Made by a program: the position numbers and the translations under genes. Of a DNA stretch of 64,000 bases, positions 10,345 to 20,603 are shown piece after piece (within the stretch, counting starts at the first letter, position 1; every line of letters starts with the position of its first letter). This DNA is from an uncultured Oxalobacteraceae bacterium. GTDB taxonomy: Bacteria; Pseudomonadota; Gammaproteobacteria; Burkholderiales; Burkholderiaceae_D. The notes beneath the pieces are model-generated. The model had not been told where the DNA came from. It did not search any database and was given only the letters and a program-made list of their open reading frames with translations. The stretch covers positions 80,425 through 144,424 of the forward strand of contig CAITOF010000042.1 in assembly GCA_903893945.1 (NCBI GenBank). The letters are read 5' to 3'.

Positions 10345-11391
10345 ATGGCCCCAAAAAACAGGAAAGCAGATTCGGTCTCATCGGCTGAACAGCAGCGCAT
10401 GCAGATGGCCGACGTCGCCAGACTGGCCGGCGTGTCGACCTCCACGGTTTCCCGTGCCCTGAGCGGCAGTCCGCTGGTCAATGATGAAACGCGCCACCGG
10501 ATCAGTGAACTGGCGCGTTCCCTGGGTTATACCGTCAACATCAGTGCCCAGAATCTGCGCCTGAAACAGAACCGCACCGTCGCGGTGGTCGTACCGTACG
10601 ACGGGAAAACCCGTCAGCACCTGTCGGATCCTTTTTTCCTGAGCATGCTGGGCAGTATTGCCGATTCCCTGACCGACCGGGGTTTCGACATGTTGCTGTC
10701 GAGGGTCGATTCCGAGCAGCTTTATTCGGCGTCACAGGCCTTTGACACGGGACGCGCCATCGGCATCATTCTGATCGGTCAATGGCGCCACCATGATCAG
10801 CTCAACCAGATGGCCGCCCGCAAGGTGCCCATCGTCGTATGGGGTGCACAGTTACCGCAGCAACTCTATGTCACCATCGGCAGCGACAACGTAAGCGGCG
10901 GTTTTATGGCGACCGACCATCTGGTCAACATCGGTCGCAAGGACATTGCGTTTTTTGGCGACATCCAGCTCCCTGAAGTCGCCCAGCGCTATGAAGGGTA
11001 TTGCAGGGCGCTCAGCAAACACGGCATCCGGGTGAATCCGCAGCTGGTCGTGCCTGCCTCGTTTCTGGAAACCGGAGGTAGCCAGGCGGTCTCTGAACTG
11101 CAGCATCGCCAGGTCCGGTTTGACGCACTGTTCGCCTGCAGCGATCTGCTCGCCACCACCGCCATCAACTTTCTGCGTGAGCAGAAAATCAGTGTCCCGC
11201 AGGATGTTGCCGTGGTCGGATTTGATGACATTGAACTTGCCCGTTATTTTCACCCGCCACTGACCACGATACGCCAGCCCATACAGATTGCGGGCCAGGC
11301 CCTGGTAGAGGCTTTGCTGGCTGTCATCGAGGGCAAGCGCAGCACACCGGGACTGCTGACAGCAGAACTGATCGTGCGTTCTACCGCCTGA
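10345..11391 (+). CDS. LacI-family transcriptional regulator
   Basis: HTH MADVARLAGVSTSTVSRAL, YTVNISAQNL, VAVVGFDDI, PPLTTIRQP. Confidence 0.95.
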   Translation: MAPKNRKADSVSSAEQQRMQMADVARLAGVSTSTVSRALSGSPLVNDETRHRISELARSLGYTVNISAQNLRLKQNRTVAVVVPYDGKTRQHLSDPFFLSMLGSIADSLTDRGFDMLLSRVDSEQLYSASQAFDTGRAIGIILIGQWRHHDQLNQMAARKVPIVVWGAQLPQQLYVTIGSDNVSGGFMATDHLVNIGRKDIAFFGDIQLPEVAQRYEGYCRALSKHGIRVNPQLVVPASFLETGGSQAVSELQHRQVRFDALFACSDLLATTAINFLREQKISVPQDVAVVGFDDIELARYFHPPLTTIRQPIQIAGQALVEALLAVIEGKRSTPGLLTAELIVRSTA

Positions 11392-11395
11392 CCAT

Positions 11396-11430
11396 AAAAA
11401 ACGCCCGTGTCGGAGGAGTCAACACGGGCG
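11396..11430 (-). terminator. Intrinsic terminator downstream of the TonB-dependent receptor
   Basis: 9-bp stem CGCCCGTGT (11402-11410) / ACACGGGCG (11422-11430) followed by a T-run on the minus strand; lies between convergent genes. Confidence 0.7.
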
Positions 11431-11454
11431 CAAAGTTACGGAGAACAGGTAACG

Positions 11455-13827
11455 TTAAAAACTGTATTTCAGCCCAACCTTAACCGTTCTGCCGTTGATT
11501 GAACGGGCACCCTGGCCTGCATCATATTCGGTCCATCCAACTTTGTTGAACAGGTTATTGGCTGACAGCCAGCCCGATGTATGACTGGTAAACTGATAAT
11601 TTCCAAAGGCACTGACCGAATAGAAAGCGGGCAGAATGATGGTGTTCTGGTCGTCACCAAATGACTTGGAATTACCGACCACACTGCCGCCGAACGACCA
11701 GTTGTCCATACGGTAGGAGGGCGTAACCTGATAGGTGTACGGCCCCATCCTTCTCGGCTGGTCACCATTGACCGAACTGCCATCGGCCTGTGTTTCATTG
11801 CTCGACGAGATTGAGGCGTCAATGTAAGTGAAGCCACCACTGATATTGAAGCCACCCTGATGATAGGCCGCCTCCACTTCGACACCGTTCGAATTGTAAT
11901 CATTGGCGGTTTGCTGCCGGGTTGTCACGTCATAATTGCTTTCAGAGGTCTTGGCATTGAACAGGGTCACGAACGAACTGAAACCGCCAGAGCGCCATTT
12001 CACGCCACCTTCGATCTGTTTGACCGTGTTGAGCGGTATCGGTGCCGATCCGTCGAACGGACCCGGCAAGCGTTCAATCACGTTAAACGATGCGCCGTCA
12101 CTGTAATGCAGGAAAAATGCCAGGTTGGTTGTTGCGCGGAAGTCGGCCCCCAGCGAGTAGGACGTATGGGATACATTGTAATCGATCGGTTGCTGACAGG
12201 CGGTCGGATACAGGCCGGGCAGATAACTGGTCGAGGCAGCCGTACTGGACTGGCAGCCTGACGCGTTTTCGCGATCCTGACGAACGCCACCGTCAAGATT
12301 CCATCTGCCCATTTCATAGCCGAGACTGACGTAGGGAGAATCCATGGTGTAACGGGTCGCGCGGGTCTGGTTACCCCAGCCATCCGCATCGGGTAACAGG
12401 CCGGTTGAATCGGTGACCGCGCCATTTAAGCCGGTTCCGCTCACCGGCACCGGGTTGCTGGTATTGGTCATCAGAAAATGCGGCAGGCTCTGGGTCACGT
12501 CCACATTCTGCATGTTCAGGTCCCAGCCAAACAGCGCCATGAGCTTGCCGGAGTCGGGCAAGCTGAAATTCTTCGACAGTTTAAGCCCGTTGAATGTACT
12601 GTTCAAATTGTCAAAGCTGGCATCAAACGCGGCCAGTTCCTGGACCATTCCCGTGTAAGCACTGCCCGCATTGGGTCCGGCTGCATACACGCTGCCCGGT
12701 TTCGCCTGAAAAATATTCCCGGTCGGATAGCCACTCAGGAATCCGCCGCTCTTGGACGACTGACGCAAGGTGTCATCCAGCCGCCATCCATCGCCCATAT
12801 TGAACGAGCCGACCAGCCCGACATTATCTTCTTTGACAGTCAGTCCGTTATTGATATTGGTGGTACTGAGCTGGTTGTTGGCCGTGCGTGATGTGAGTGC
12901 CGGCCAATACGGTGAGTAATAACTGAAGGTCAACGGATCGATGCCGGGATAAGTGCCTATCGTGGCTGGATTGGATTTGGTTGGATTGGCCACACTCTGT
13001 GTGAAGGCAACTGGCAAATCAGTCGGGGTCTGATCATCCAGGTGCTTGAAGGTCAGACGGATAAAGCTGCCACCGCCCAGATCGTGGGTAATGTTGCCCT
13101 TGATTTCCCCACCGGATTCCATCGGTGAATTACTGTCCCTGATACCGTCACCCTCACGATAAAATCCGCCGATGAAAAAACGGGTGGTGTCGGAAATATG
13201 GCCGCCATAATCGAAATCAACCCGATTCTGGTTGAAGCCGACCCCTTTGCTGACCCCCATGCTGCCGCCTTCTTCGATACCGGTTTTGGTGATGAAATTG
13301 ATGATGCCGCCCGGTGAGTTCGAGCCCAGCACGGCGGAAGTGCCGCCGCGAACGGCTTCAACATGGTCCAGCGCGCCATCAACACGCATGTACATGTCAG
13401 GCGTCACAAATGCATTATCACCGTTCAGCAGCACCGGCACGCCGTCTTCCTGCATGCCGACATAACGCGATCCGCCAGCAGAAATCGGAATACCGCGCGC
13501 CGAAATATTCGCATTACCTTCACCGCCTGAGGCCTCCGAGTGGAACCCGGGAATGCTCCTGAACAGATCTGCCGCACTGGTCGGTGCCGACAGTTCGATC
13601 TGATCGGCATCAAGGGTACTTAACGAACTGCTGGACCGCATTTTTGAGATACCGACCGGGGTACCTGTCACGACGACCTGATCAAGATCAAGCCGGTTAA
13701 TCTGTTCCGTCGCTGGCGCCGCACCGGTGTCGGCTGCCACCTGTTGCGCATGGCCGACCTGCATGGTACCCAGAGCAAGTGTGACCGCAGCGGCCAGACA
13801 ATTCAATTTCATATTGTGTCGTTTCAT
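11455..13827 (-). CDS. TonB-dependent receptor, probably sugar uptake
   Basis: Signal peptide, TonB box DQVVVTG, plug motif VEAVRGGTSAVLGSNSPGGIINFITK, C-terminal GLKYSF; divergent from the GH13 operon. Confidence 0.92.
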   Translation of the reverse strand: MKRHNMKLNCLAAAVTLALGTMQVGHAQQVAADTGAAPATEQINRLDLDQVVVTGTPVGISKMRSSSSLSTLDADQIELSAPTSAADLFRSIPGFHSEASGGEGNANISARGIPISAGGSRYVGMQEDGVPVLLNGDNAFVTPDMYMRVDGALDHVEAVRGGTSAVLGSNSPGGIINFITKTGIEEGGSMGVSKGVGFNQNRVDFDYGGHISDTTRFFIGGFYREGDGIRDSNSPMESGGEIKGNITHDLGGGSFIRLTFKHLDDQTPTDLPVAFTQSVANPTKSNPATIGTYPGIDPLTFSYYSPYWPALTSRTANNQLSTTNINNGLTVKEDNVGLVGSFNMGDGWRLDDTLRQSSKSGGFLSGYPTGNIFQAKPGSVYAAGPNAGSAYTGMVQELAAFDASFDNLNSTFNGLKLSKNFSLPDSGKLMALFGWDLNMQNVDVTQSLPHFLMTNTSNPVPVSGTGLNGAVTDSTGLLPDADGWGNQTRATRYTMDSPYVSLGYEMGRWNLDGGVRQDRENASGCQSSTAASTSYLPGLYPTACQQPIDYNVSHTSYSLGADFRATTNLAFFLHYSDGASFNVIERLPGPFDGSAPIPLNTVKQIEGGVKWRSGGFSSFVTLFNAKTSESNYDVTTRQQTANDYNSNGVEVEAAYHQGGFNISGGFTYIDASISSSNETQADGSSVNGDQPRRMGPYTYQVTPSYRMDNWSFGGSVVGNSKSFGDDQNTIILPAFYSVSAFGNYQFTSHTSGWLSANNLFNKVGWTEYDAGQGARSINGRTVKVGLKYSF

Positions 13828-13979
13828 GGTTGTCTCTTTATCTGATTATAGTCATCTGGAAGGAATTCAACCCCGCCGGAATTCAACGTTGCGGATGAAA
13901 CCGCACCCTGTACAGCTCACCGTCGATCCGGAACCCGGTAGGTCAGATTCTCAGGTCAGCGGACGAATTATCACCCTCT

Positions 13980-13995
13980 TTGCAATCGATTGCAA
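13980..13995. promoter_or_regulatory. LacI-family operator 1
   Basis: Perfect 16-bp palindrome TTGCAATCGATTGCAA with central CG, matching the LacI-family TGNAANCGNTTNCA pattern. Confidence 0.75.
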
Positions 13996-14235
13996 TCGTG
14001 CGCCGCAACATACGCCCGGACGGGTAATTCCCCTCCATGCAAATCCGTTGCGGGCCGCACCGTGCACCTTGTCAGCACCGCATCCGGCGATCCGTTTTTC
14101 AGATGAAATCATTCATACCTGCCGCCTACCGGCGGCACACCCGGCACACCTTGACGTCACGCATGCGATGTCGGCATTTCGCAACAACCAACATCGGATT
14201 CAGTCCGTTATATTGCAGCGCAAAATCAAAATATT

Positions 14236-14249
14236 TGCAAACGTTTGCA
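14236..14249. promoter_or_regulatory. LacI-family operator 2
   Basis: Perfect 14-bp palindrome TGCAAACGTTTGCA about 90 bp upstream of the GH13 gene. Confidence 0.75.
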
Positions 14250-14340
14250 TAAACTTCAGGTTCCGGTAATAATGCAGTCGATCTGCATAACAGACACCGA
14301 ACAGTCTTCGTGCCACCAGGTCGACCACTATAGAACAACA

Positions 14341-16278
14341 ATGAACCAGCAATCCCTGCCCCAGTTACTCGACAACATACTGGCGTCTGTTCCAGCCGGG
14401 CGCCGGGAAGAACTGCGCGCACGCTTCGAACAGCACTCGCCACTTTGTCTGGATCGACTGCAACGGCTGTATGGCCTCAGCCCCGGGTACTTCACCTGGC
14501 TGCATGAATTCATGCGGAATCTGGTTGAGCTGGCGACCGCGCGTCCCGACGATTTATGCGAACTGGACCGGCGTCGCGAACAACAGCCTGACTGGTTTTT
14601 AACGCAGCGCCAGATCGGCTACTGTGCCTACGCGGACCGTCTGGGCGGCACACTGGCCGGCGTCCGCAAAACCATCCCGCACCTGCAACAGCTCGGAGTC
14701 ACCTATTTGCATCTGCTGCCGTTTCTGCGTGCACGTGACGGTGAAAACGATGGCGGATTTGCGGTGGCGGCCTTTGACCAGATTGAACCGGCGCTGGGCA
14801 CCATGGACAATCTGACCGAGCTGGCGTATTCGTTGCGACAGGCCGATATCAGTCTGTGCTCCGATTTCATTCTGAATCATGTGGCTGACTCACACCCGTG
14901 GGCCAGCGCTGCACGCGCAGGCGACACAGCCGCACAGGCCTGTTTTTATGTCTTCAATGACGCGCAGCAGGTGGCTGACCTGGAAGATAACCTGAATCAG
15001 GTATTTCCGGATGCGGCACCGGGAAATTTCACCTGGCAACCGGAATTGCAGGCCTGGGTCTGGACCACGTTTTATCCCTATCAGTGGGACCTGAATTACC
15101 AGAACCCGCGGGTATTTTCCTCCATGGTGACCGCCATGCTGAATCTGGCCAACCACGGCGTCGAGGTATTCAGGCTGGATTCCACGGCCTACATCTGGAA
15201 ACGCAGTGGTACCAGTTGCATGAACCAGCCCGAAGTGCATGTCATATTGCAGGCATTGCGCAGCATCGTGAGCATCGTCGCACCGGCCGTCCTGCTGAAA
15301 GCGGAAGCCATCGTGCCGACTGCCGAACTTCCCGCTTATCTGGGTGACAGCAGCCTGCCCGAATGCCATCTGGCCTACCACAGCACACTGATGGCGTCCA
15401 GCTGGGCGGCACTCACAGAGCAGAATGCTGACCTGGTCAGGAAAGTCATCGAAAACACGCCCATCAATAATAACTGCGTGTCCTGGCTGACCTATGTACG
15501 CTGTCACGACGACATAGGGTGGAATGTGCTGCTGCCCGAGGCCAGCCAGAATCACCGCAACGGCGCACGACGCCTTGCGGATGCGGCCGCCTGTCTGACC
15601 GGGCTGCACGGCGGGTTTGGTCGTGGCAGAAATTTCCAGACCGGCGGACAAGCCCGTCTGCACGGCACCAACGGCATGACGGCATCGCTGACCGGCATAA
15701 CGAGTGCGGACACAACCCTCCAGCTCGACAGGGCATTCAGGCGCATGCAGTTGCTCTACGGCCTGGCATTCAGCTTTGGCGGCATGCCCCTGATTTACAT
15801 GGGTGACGAATTCGCCCAGGACAATGACGAATCATTTGCGCAGGATCCGGCACACGCCAACGATAATCGCTGGCTGCAACGACCTGTCCTGGATGCGCAG
15901 TCGTTCAGTCAGCGCAACGACCTGCAGTCCGTGGCTGGCCAGGCATACCATGCCCTGTCCAGCATGGCTGGAATGCGACGCCAGTTACCCGAACTCGCCG
16001 CCGACGCACCGCGCAGATTATTATTGTGCGCTGATCCGGCACTGCTGGTACTGCTGAGAGGGTCGATCGATGTCGACCACCCGAATGGCGTAATCTATCT
16101 TGCCAATTTTTCTGAGCGTCAAATTCCGGTTGATCTGGCCGAACTCAGTGGTATCCTGTGCGGATTATGGCAGAACATGGCGGATAACAGTCACTATGCT
16201 GACAAATTCATGATGCCGGGTCTGTCACAATACTGGCTCAAACCCATGCAGATTACCGGCATGAAGGGAGGCGTCTGA
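14341..16278 (+). CDS. GH13 amylosucrase / sucrose hydrolase
   Basis: LGVTYLHLLP, DGGFAV, DFILNHVA, nucleophile FRLDSTAY, acid/base LLKAEAIV, YVRCHDDIGW, RWLQRP. Start set at ATG 14341. Confidence 0.9.
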   Translation: MNQQSLPQLLDNILASVPAGRREELRARFEQHSPLCLDRLQRLYGLSPGYFTWLHEFMRNLVELATARPDDLCELDRRREQQPDWFLTQRQIGYCAYADRLGGTLAGVRKTIPHLQQLGVTYLHLLPFLRARDGENDGGFAVAAFDQIEPALGTMDNLTELAYSLRQADISLCSDFILNHVADSHPWASAARAGDTAAQACFYVFNDAQQVADLEDNLNQVFPDAAPGNFTWQPELQAWVWTTFYPYQWDLNYQNPRVFSSMVTAMLNLANHGVEVFRLDSTAYIWKRSGTSCMNQPEVHVILQALRSIVSIVAPAVLLKAEAIVPTAELPAYLGDSSLPECHLAYHSTLMASSWAALTEQNADLVRKVIENTPINNNCVSWLTYVRCHDDIGWNVLLPEASQNHRNGARRLADAAACLTGLHGGFGRGRNFQTGGQARLHGTNGMTASLTGITSADTTLQLDRAFRRMQLLYGLAFSFGGMPLIYMGDEFAQDNDESFAQDPAHANDNRWLQRPVLDAQSFSQRNDLQSVAGQAYHALSSMAGMRRQLPELAADAPRRLLLCADPALLVLLRGSIDVDHPNGVIYLANFSERQIPVDLAELSGILCGLWQNMADNSHYADKFMMPGLSQYWLKPMQITGMKGGV

Positions 16279-17276
16279 TGTCAGGTCCTGTTGATAACCG
16301 CGAAGCGCTGGTCATCTATGGTGAGGCGTTGATCGACGCCTTTCCTGACCAGGAACAGATCGGCGGTGCGCCATTCAATGTCGCCCGTATCAGCGCCCTG
16401 TTTGGCCGTGACCCGTTATTGATTACCCGCCTCGGTCAGGACCCGCGTGCCGGACTGATCATGGCGGACATGCAGCGGTTTGGCATGGATCTCACCGGCG
16501 TGCAGATCGACCCCGGACATCCGACCGGTCTGGTACAGGTCGACATGCAGGGTAACAGTCATCGCTTTCTGCTGCTCCCTGACCAGGCTTACGACTACAT
16601 AGAGGCACAACCGGCGGCCCAGGCCATGGCGCACTATCAGACCCGGCACCCGGGTCCCGGCGTACTGTACTACGGTACGCTGATCCGGCGCGCACAGAAA
16701 TCCGGTGCGACGCTCACTGAACTGCTGCAACACAGTCGTGCCATCAAGTTTCTGGACCTGAATCTGCGTGATGATCCGCATCAAACGGCCACATTAAACC
16801 ATTCACTGCACGCTGCCGATATTCTCAAGGTTAATCATGACGAACTGAATGTGCTTGCCGACCGTTTCATGCCGGAATACCACCCGCTGAATTTCGATCT
16901 GACGCAGGACCAACGGGTCAGACGGCTGTTTGATGCCATCGGCCAGCTGATCGACCTGTTCACATTACAGGCAGTGATTGTCACGCTGGGCGCAAACGGC
17001 TATGTTTACCTGAATCATTCTGGTCAGCAGATCAACGGGTTTTCCGACCAACCCGACTGCATCCAGGTCGTCGATACGGTGGGGTGTGGTGACGCCTTCT
17101 CGGCCCTGTTTATCACCGGCCTGCTGAATCAATGGCCGGTGTATCTGACGTTGCGGCGCGCCCATCAATTCGCGGGTGCAACATGTACCATCCAGGGAGC
17201 CGTCAGCGCGGACTTGCAGTTTTATAAACCATGGCAACAACAATGGCAATCGTCACTGCCCTCCAGTGAAGGATGA
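16278..17276 (+). CDS. PfkB-family carbohydrate kinase (fructokinase-like)
   Basis: GGAPFNVA, ILKVNHDEL, VVDTVGCGDAF; overlaps the GH13 stop codon. Confidence 0.9.
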   Translation: MSGPVDNREALVIYGEALIDAFPDQEQIGGAPFNVARISALFGRDPLLITRLGQDPRAGLIMADMQRFGMDLTGVQIDPGHPTGLVQVDMQGNSHRFLLLPDQAYDYIEAQPAAQAMAHYQTRHPGPGVLYYGTLIRRAQKSGATLTELLQHSRAIKFLDLNLRDDPHQTATLNHSLHAADILKVNHDELNVLADRFMPEYHPLNFDLTQDQRVRRLFDAIGQLIDLFTLQAVIVTLGANGYVYLNHSGQQINGFSDQPDCIQVVDTVGCGDAFSALFITGLLNQWPVYLTLRRAHQFAGATCTIQGAVSADLQFYKPWQQQWQSSLPSSEG

Positions 17277-18610
17277 CAGACAACATGATTATGAAAAAAC
17301 CGACTCTGTCTTTCTGGCAAATCATCAACATGAATGTCGGCTTCTTCGGGATTCAGTTCAGCTTCGGCCTGCAACAGAGCAACATGAGCCCGATCTACAA
17401 ATACCTCGGGGCAAATGAGGCGAATCTGCCCTATCTCTGGCTGGCCGGTCCGATAACGGGTCTGCTTGTGCAACCGCTGATTGGCGCCCTCAGTGACAAA
17501 ACCGTCACCCGGTGGGGGCGGCGCACACCGTATTTTTTTGTCGGCGCGATATTGTGCAGTATCGGACTGCTCCTGATGCCTTTCAGTCCAACGCTCTGGA
17601 TGGCGGCATCGCTGCTCTGGATACTGGACGCGGCCAACAATGTCACGATGGAGCCGTATCGCGCGTTTATCAGTGACAAACTGAATCCCGACCAGCATTC
17701 CACCGGATTTCTGACTCAGAGCGCCTTTACCGGATTGGGACAGACTCTGGCGTATTTGACGCCGTCGTTACTGGTCGTGCTGGGCATGGACAAAGACGCG
17801 ACCAACAGCAGCCACATTCCACAGGTGGTTGTCGTGGCTTTCATGATCGGGGCCGTCTTTTCCATTTCATCGATTTTATGGAGCCTGAAAACCAGCCCGG
17901 AAATTTTACCTTCCGAGGCAGAGATCAGCGAGATGCATGCGGCGCCACGAGGCTGGCTGGCGAATCTGGATGAAATTGGCAGGGCATTCCTTGAAATGCC
18001 GGCAACCATGTGGCAACTCGCCCTGGTTAAGCTGTTTCAGTGGTATGCGATGTTCTGCTACTGGCAGTACATCATGCTGTCACTGGCACGAACCATTTTT
18101 CATACCGCCGACCAGACATCGGTGCCATTTCACGATGCCGGGCTGCTTAACGGCCGGATCGGTGCGTTTTATAACTTCGTGGCATTTTTTGCGGCCTTCG
18201 CCCTGATTCCGTTCACCCGGCGTCTCGGCCCCAAACTTGTTCACGCCACCTGTCTGGTTATTGCGGGTGCAGCCATGCTCACGATTCCGGAAATCCACAA
18301 CACCGCATTGCTGTACCTCCCGATGATCGGAATCGGCATGGCCTGGGCCAGCATCATGGGCAATCCCTACGTAATGCTGGCAGGCTGCATCCCGGCCCGA
18401 CGAACCGGCGTGTACATGGGAATATTCAACATGTTCATCGTCATTCCCATGATTATCCAGATCTTTACCCTGCCGCTGTATTACCAGAGTCTGCTGGATG
18501 GCAATCCTGAAAACGTCATCCGGCTGGCCGGGGTGTTACTGATCATTGCGGCCCTGGCCGTTTCCATCGTAACCATCCGTCCGCCTGCACCCAGTCCGGA
18601 AACGCAGTAA
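17273..18610 (+). CDS. MFS sugar transporter (MalT/SLC45-like)
   Basis: [40 protein letters not shown]; multiple hydrophobic helices. Confidence 0.9.
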   Translation: MTDNMIMKKPTLSFWQIINMNVGFFGIQFSFGLQQSNMSPIYKYLGANEANLPYLWLAGPITGLLVQPLIGALSDKTVTRWGRRTPYFFVGAILCSIGLLLMPFSPTLWMAASLLWILDAANNVTMEPYRAFISDKLNPDQHSTGFLTQSAFTGLGQTLAYLTPSLLVVLGMDKDATNSSHIPQVVVVAFMIGAVFSISSILWSLKTSPEILPSEAEISEMHAAPRGWLANLDEIGRAFLEMPATMWQLALVKLFQWYAMFCYWQYIMLSLARTIFHTADQTSVPFHDAGLLNGRIGAFYNFVAFFAAFALIPFTRRLGPKLVHATCLVIAGAAMLTIPEIHNTALLYLPMIGIGMAWASIMGNPYVMLAGCIPARRTGVYMGIFNMFIVIPMIIQIFTLPLYYQSLLDGNPENVIRLAGVLLIIAALAVSIVTIRPPAPSPETQ

Positions 18611-18660
18611 CGCGCATCGTGGCCCACACGTACGACAGAAATAAAGCCCTGTAACAATCC

Positions 18661-20559
18661 TCAACGACCGGCTAACGGGTGGCCAATCGCCGCCAGCAAA
18701 TCGTCGCCCGTGTCACGCACCAGATTCGGATAAAGCTCGGTACCGGAATACGTCATGGGCACGTTCATGAATTCGTCATCTTTTTCGATCAGCAGTACCA
18801 GGGGGCCGCCGGCTTGCCGGGGACTGGCAAGCGCATCATGCAAGGCATCGCGCGACCAGCGGTGGCCATTGATGGCAATGATATGGCTGCCCGGTGCCAG
18901 TCTGGCCAGATCGCCCGGCGTTCCCGGTACGATATCGTTGACCGTGCCGGTATCCTGGTCGACCGTGAAGCCCAGTGAATACTGCAGGTTCAGTACCTTG
19001 TCTTCGACTTCGTGTGCGACGTGCATGATGGAAGGATTATCGTTCAGATCCAGTCGCCAGCCCGCTGCCTGTATGCCCCGCAGCGGTGCACCGCCACCCA
19101 GTTTCTGTAACCGGTCCTGCCAGAAGCTGCGCCAGTCGTAGGGCTGCACGGCATTCAGCGCAGCCACCACATCCTCGAAATGGTAGGGGCGTACCTGTGC
19201 CCCTGTATTTTCTACCCCGTGGAAACGGCGGCAGAAATCATCCAGGCTTTTCTGACCCTTTGACAGGCGGCGGATGGTGGTATCGGCTTCGAGCCAGATC
19301 AGCGCCGATTCCTGATAAAAATCTTCCTGCCGACGCAGCCGCGCACCCCAGGCCCGGTCCTGGGAATAGAGCAACTGGGCTGAATCAGTGGCATCCTGCA
19401 GGGACCGCCAGTCCCGTCCTTTGTGAACATCCATCTGAGCCGCCAGGCGGGCTATTTCGTCACGGAATTCTTCCTGGGTGAGCAGGCCGCTGCGGGCGGC
19501 CAGAACGGTGCCGAGGTATTCTGTAAGGCCTTCATATATCCACAACATGTCATCCTGCATCGGCGCCTGGTAATCCGGCGTGGCCAGCCCGGCAGGCCGG
19601 CGATATTTTCCGTTCCAGGAATGAACGTACTCATGCGCCAGCAAGGTGGCCTCGGAACGGCGGAGATTGTCATCGAGCAGGGTTCGCGCCGGTGACCGGT
19701 TATCGCTGGATTCATGATGTTCGATGCCATCCGGAGAAATAATGTCAGTCAGTATCCAGAGAAAATCGTAGCGCTGATAATGTCTGTGACCAAACAGTGC
19801 ATTCGCTTCAACCACCAGGTTACGGTAATGCTCAAGCGTCGCAGGCGACATTGCCAGCTGGGCTTCCCGGTCGGCCGCAATATGCAGCTGCACAGCCGGG
19901 TTGCTGGCCAGCTCCACATCGCGCCAGTGACGCCCTGCCAGCAGGGTTGAATCGACCAGCGTAGTCAGGCTGGTCGTCTCGAATTTTTGCGTATCATTGG
20001 TACGTTCAAGCCCCTTCAGCGCAGTCGCAAACTGCCAGCCGTGTGGCAGTATGACTGTCGCCTGGTAGCTGAGCCTGTCGGTTGGCATGCCAGCCGGATA
20101 CAGGACCACCTGGTTCCATTCAACCAGCGCCAGTGATTCGGTGGCAAACCGGGGTATTTCCAGTCCCTGCACGACTCCGTCCGGCGCCGGCGCCGTAAGC
20201 ACCTCAAGATCAGCCTCAATGGCGCTGACGCCCTTGGGAATAACCAAATGAAAAACATACGGATCCACCGTGTCACGCCGCCACGCCAGTGGCTTGCCAT
20301 TTGCCGTCAGTCGTGGCCCTGCCAGCGAGGTAATCGGCCCGACGGGTGCATGACGACCGGGTATCCATTTGGGATAAAGCAAATCCAGCGGACCTGCCGT
20401 AACCGGCAACTGCAAATGCGACTTCAGGATGCCGCGCGGGGCATCGGTCGCATCAACAGTCACTTGAGCGACGTCACCCGCCCAGGCATTGCCGACCAGT
20501 GCGATGACAGCCAGCGTGAACAGGCGATGTAATGATTTTTTCAGTACGGGATGGGTCAT
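18661..20559 (-). CDS. M61 glycyl-aminopeptidase-family metallopeptidase with C-terminal PDZ domain
   Basis: KWIPG, GIEHHESS, HEYVHSWNGKYRRP, LWIYEGLTEY, PDZ-like PGTPGDLARLAPGSHIIAING; signal peptide. Confidence 0.9.
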   Translation of the reverse strand: MTHPVLKKSLHRLFTLAVIALVGNAWAGDVAQVTVDATDAPRGILKSHLQLPVTAGPLDLLYPKWIPGRHAPVGPITSLAGPRLTANGKPLAWRRDTVDPYVFHLVIPKGVSAIEADLEVLTAPAPDGVVQGLEIPRFATESLALVEWNQVVLYPAGMPTDRLSYQATVILPHGWQFATALKGLERTNDTQKFETTSLTTLVDSTLLAGRHWRDVELASNPAVQLHIAADREAQLAMSPATLEHYRNLVVEANALFGHRHYQRYDFLWILTDIISPDGIEHHESSDNRSPARTLLDDNLRRSEATLLAHEYVHSWNGKYRRPAGLATPDYQAPMQDDMLWIYEGLTEYLGTVLAARSGLLTQEEFRDEIARLAAQMDVHKGRDWRSLQDATDSAQLLYSQDRAWGARLRRQEDFYQESALIWLEADTTIRRLSKGQKSLDDFCRRFHGVENTGAQVRPYHFEDVVAALNAVQPYDWRSFWQDRLQKLGGGAPLRGIQAAGWRLDLNDNPSIMHVAHEVEDKVLNLQYSLGFTVDQDTGTVNDIVPGTPGDLARLAPGSHIIAINGHRWSRDALHDALASPRQAGGPLVLLIEKDDEFMNVPMTYSGTELYPNLVRDTGDDLLAAIGHPLAGR

Positions 20560-20603
20560 GTTGACGCTTTCAATAGGTGACTGTTTCAGTATGGATGATA
20601 GCA

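Noticed and set aside
13862-13887. Direct repeat GGAATTCAAC twice
   Set aside because: Only two 10-bp copies; compatible with chance and has no clear function.
13930-13970. TCTCAGGT...GGAC resembling the 3' end of a glycine riboswitch
   Set aside because: The upstream GGAGA and CCGAAG elements are missing and the context is a sugar locus.
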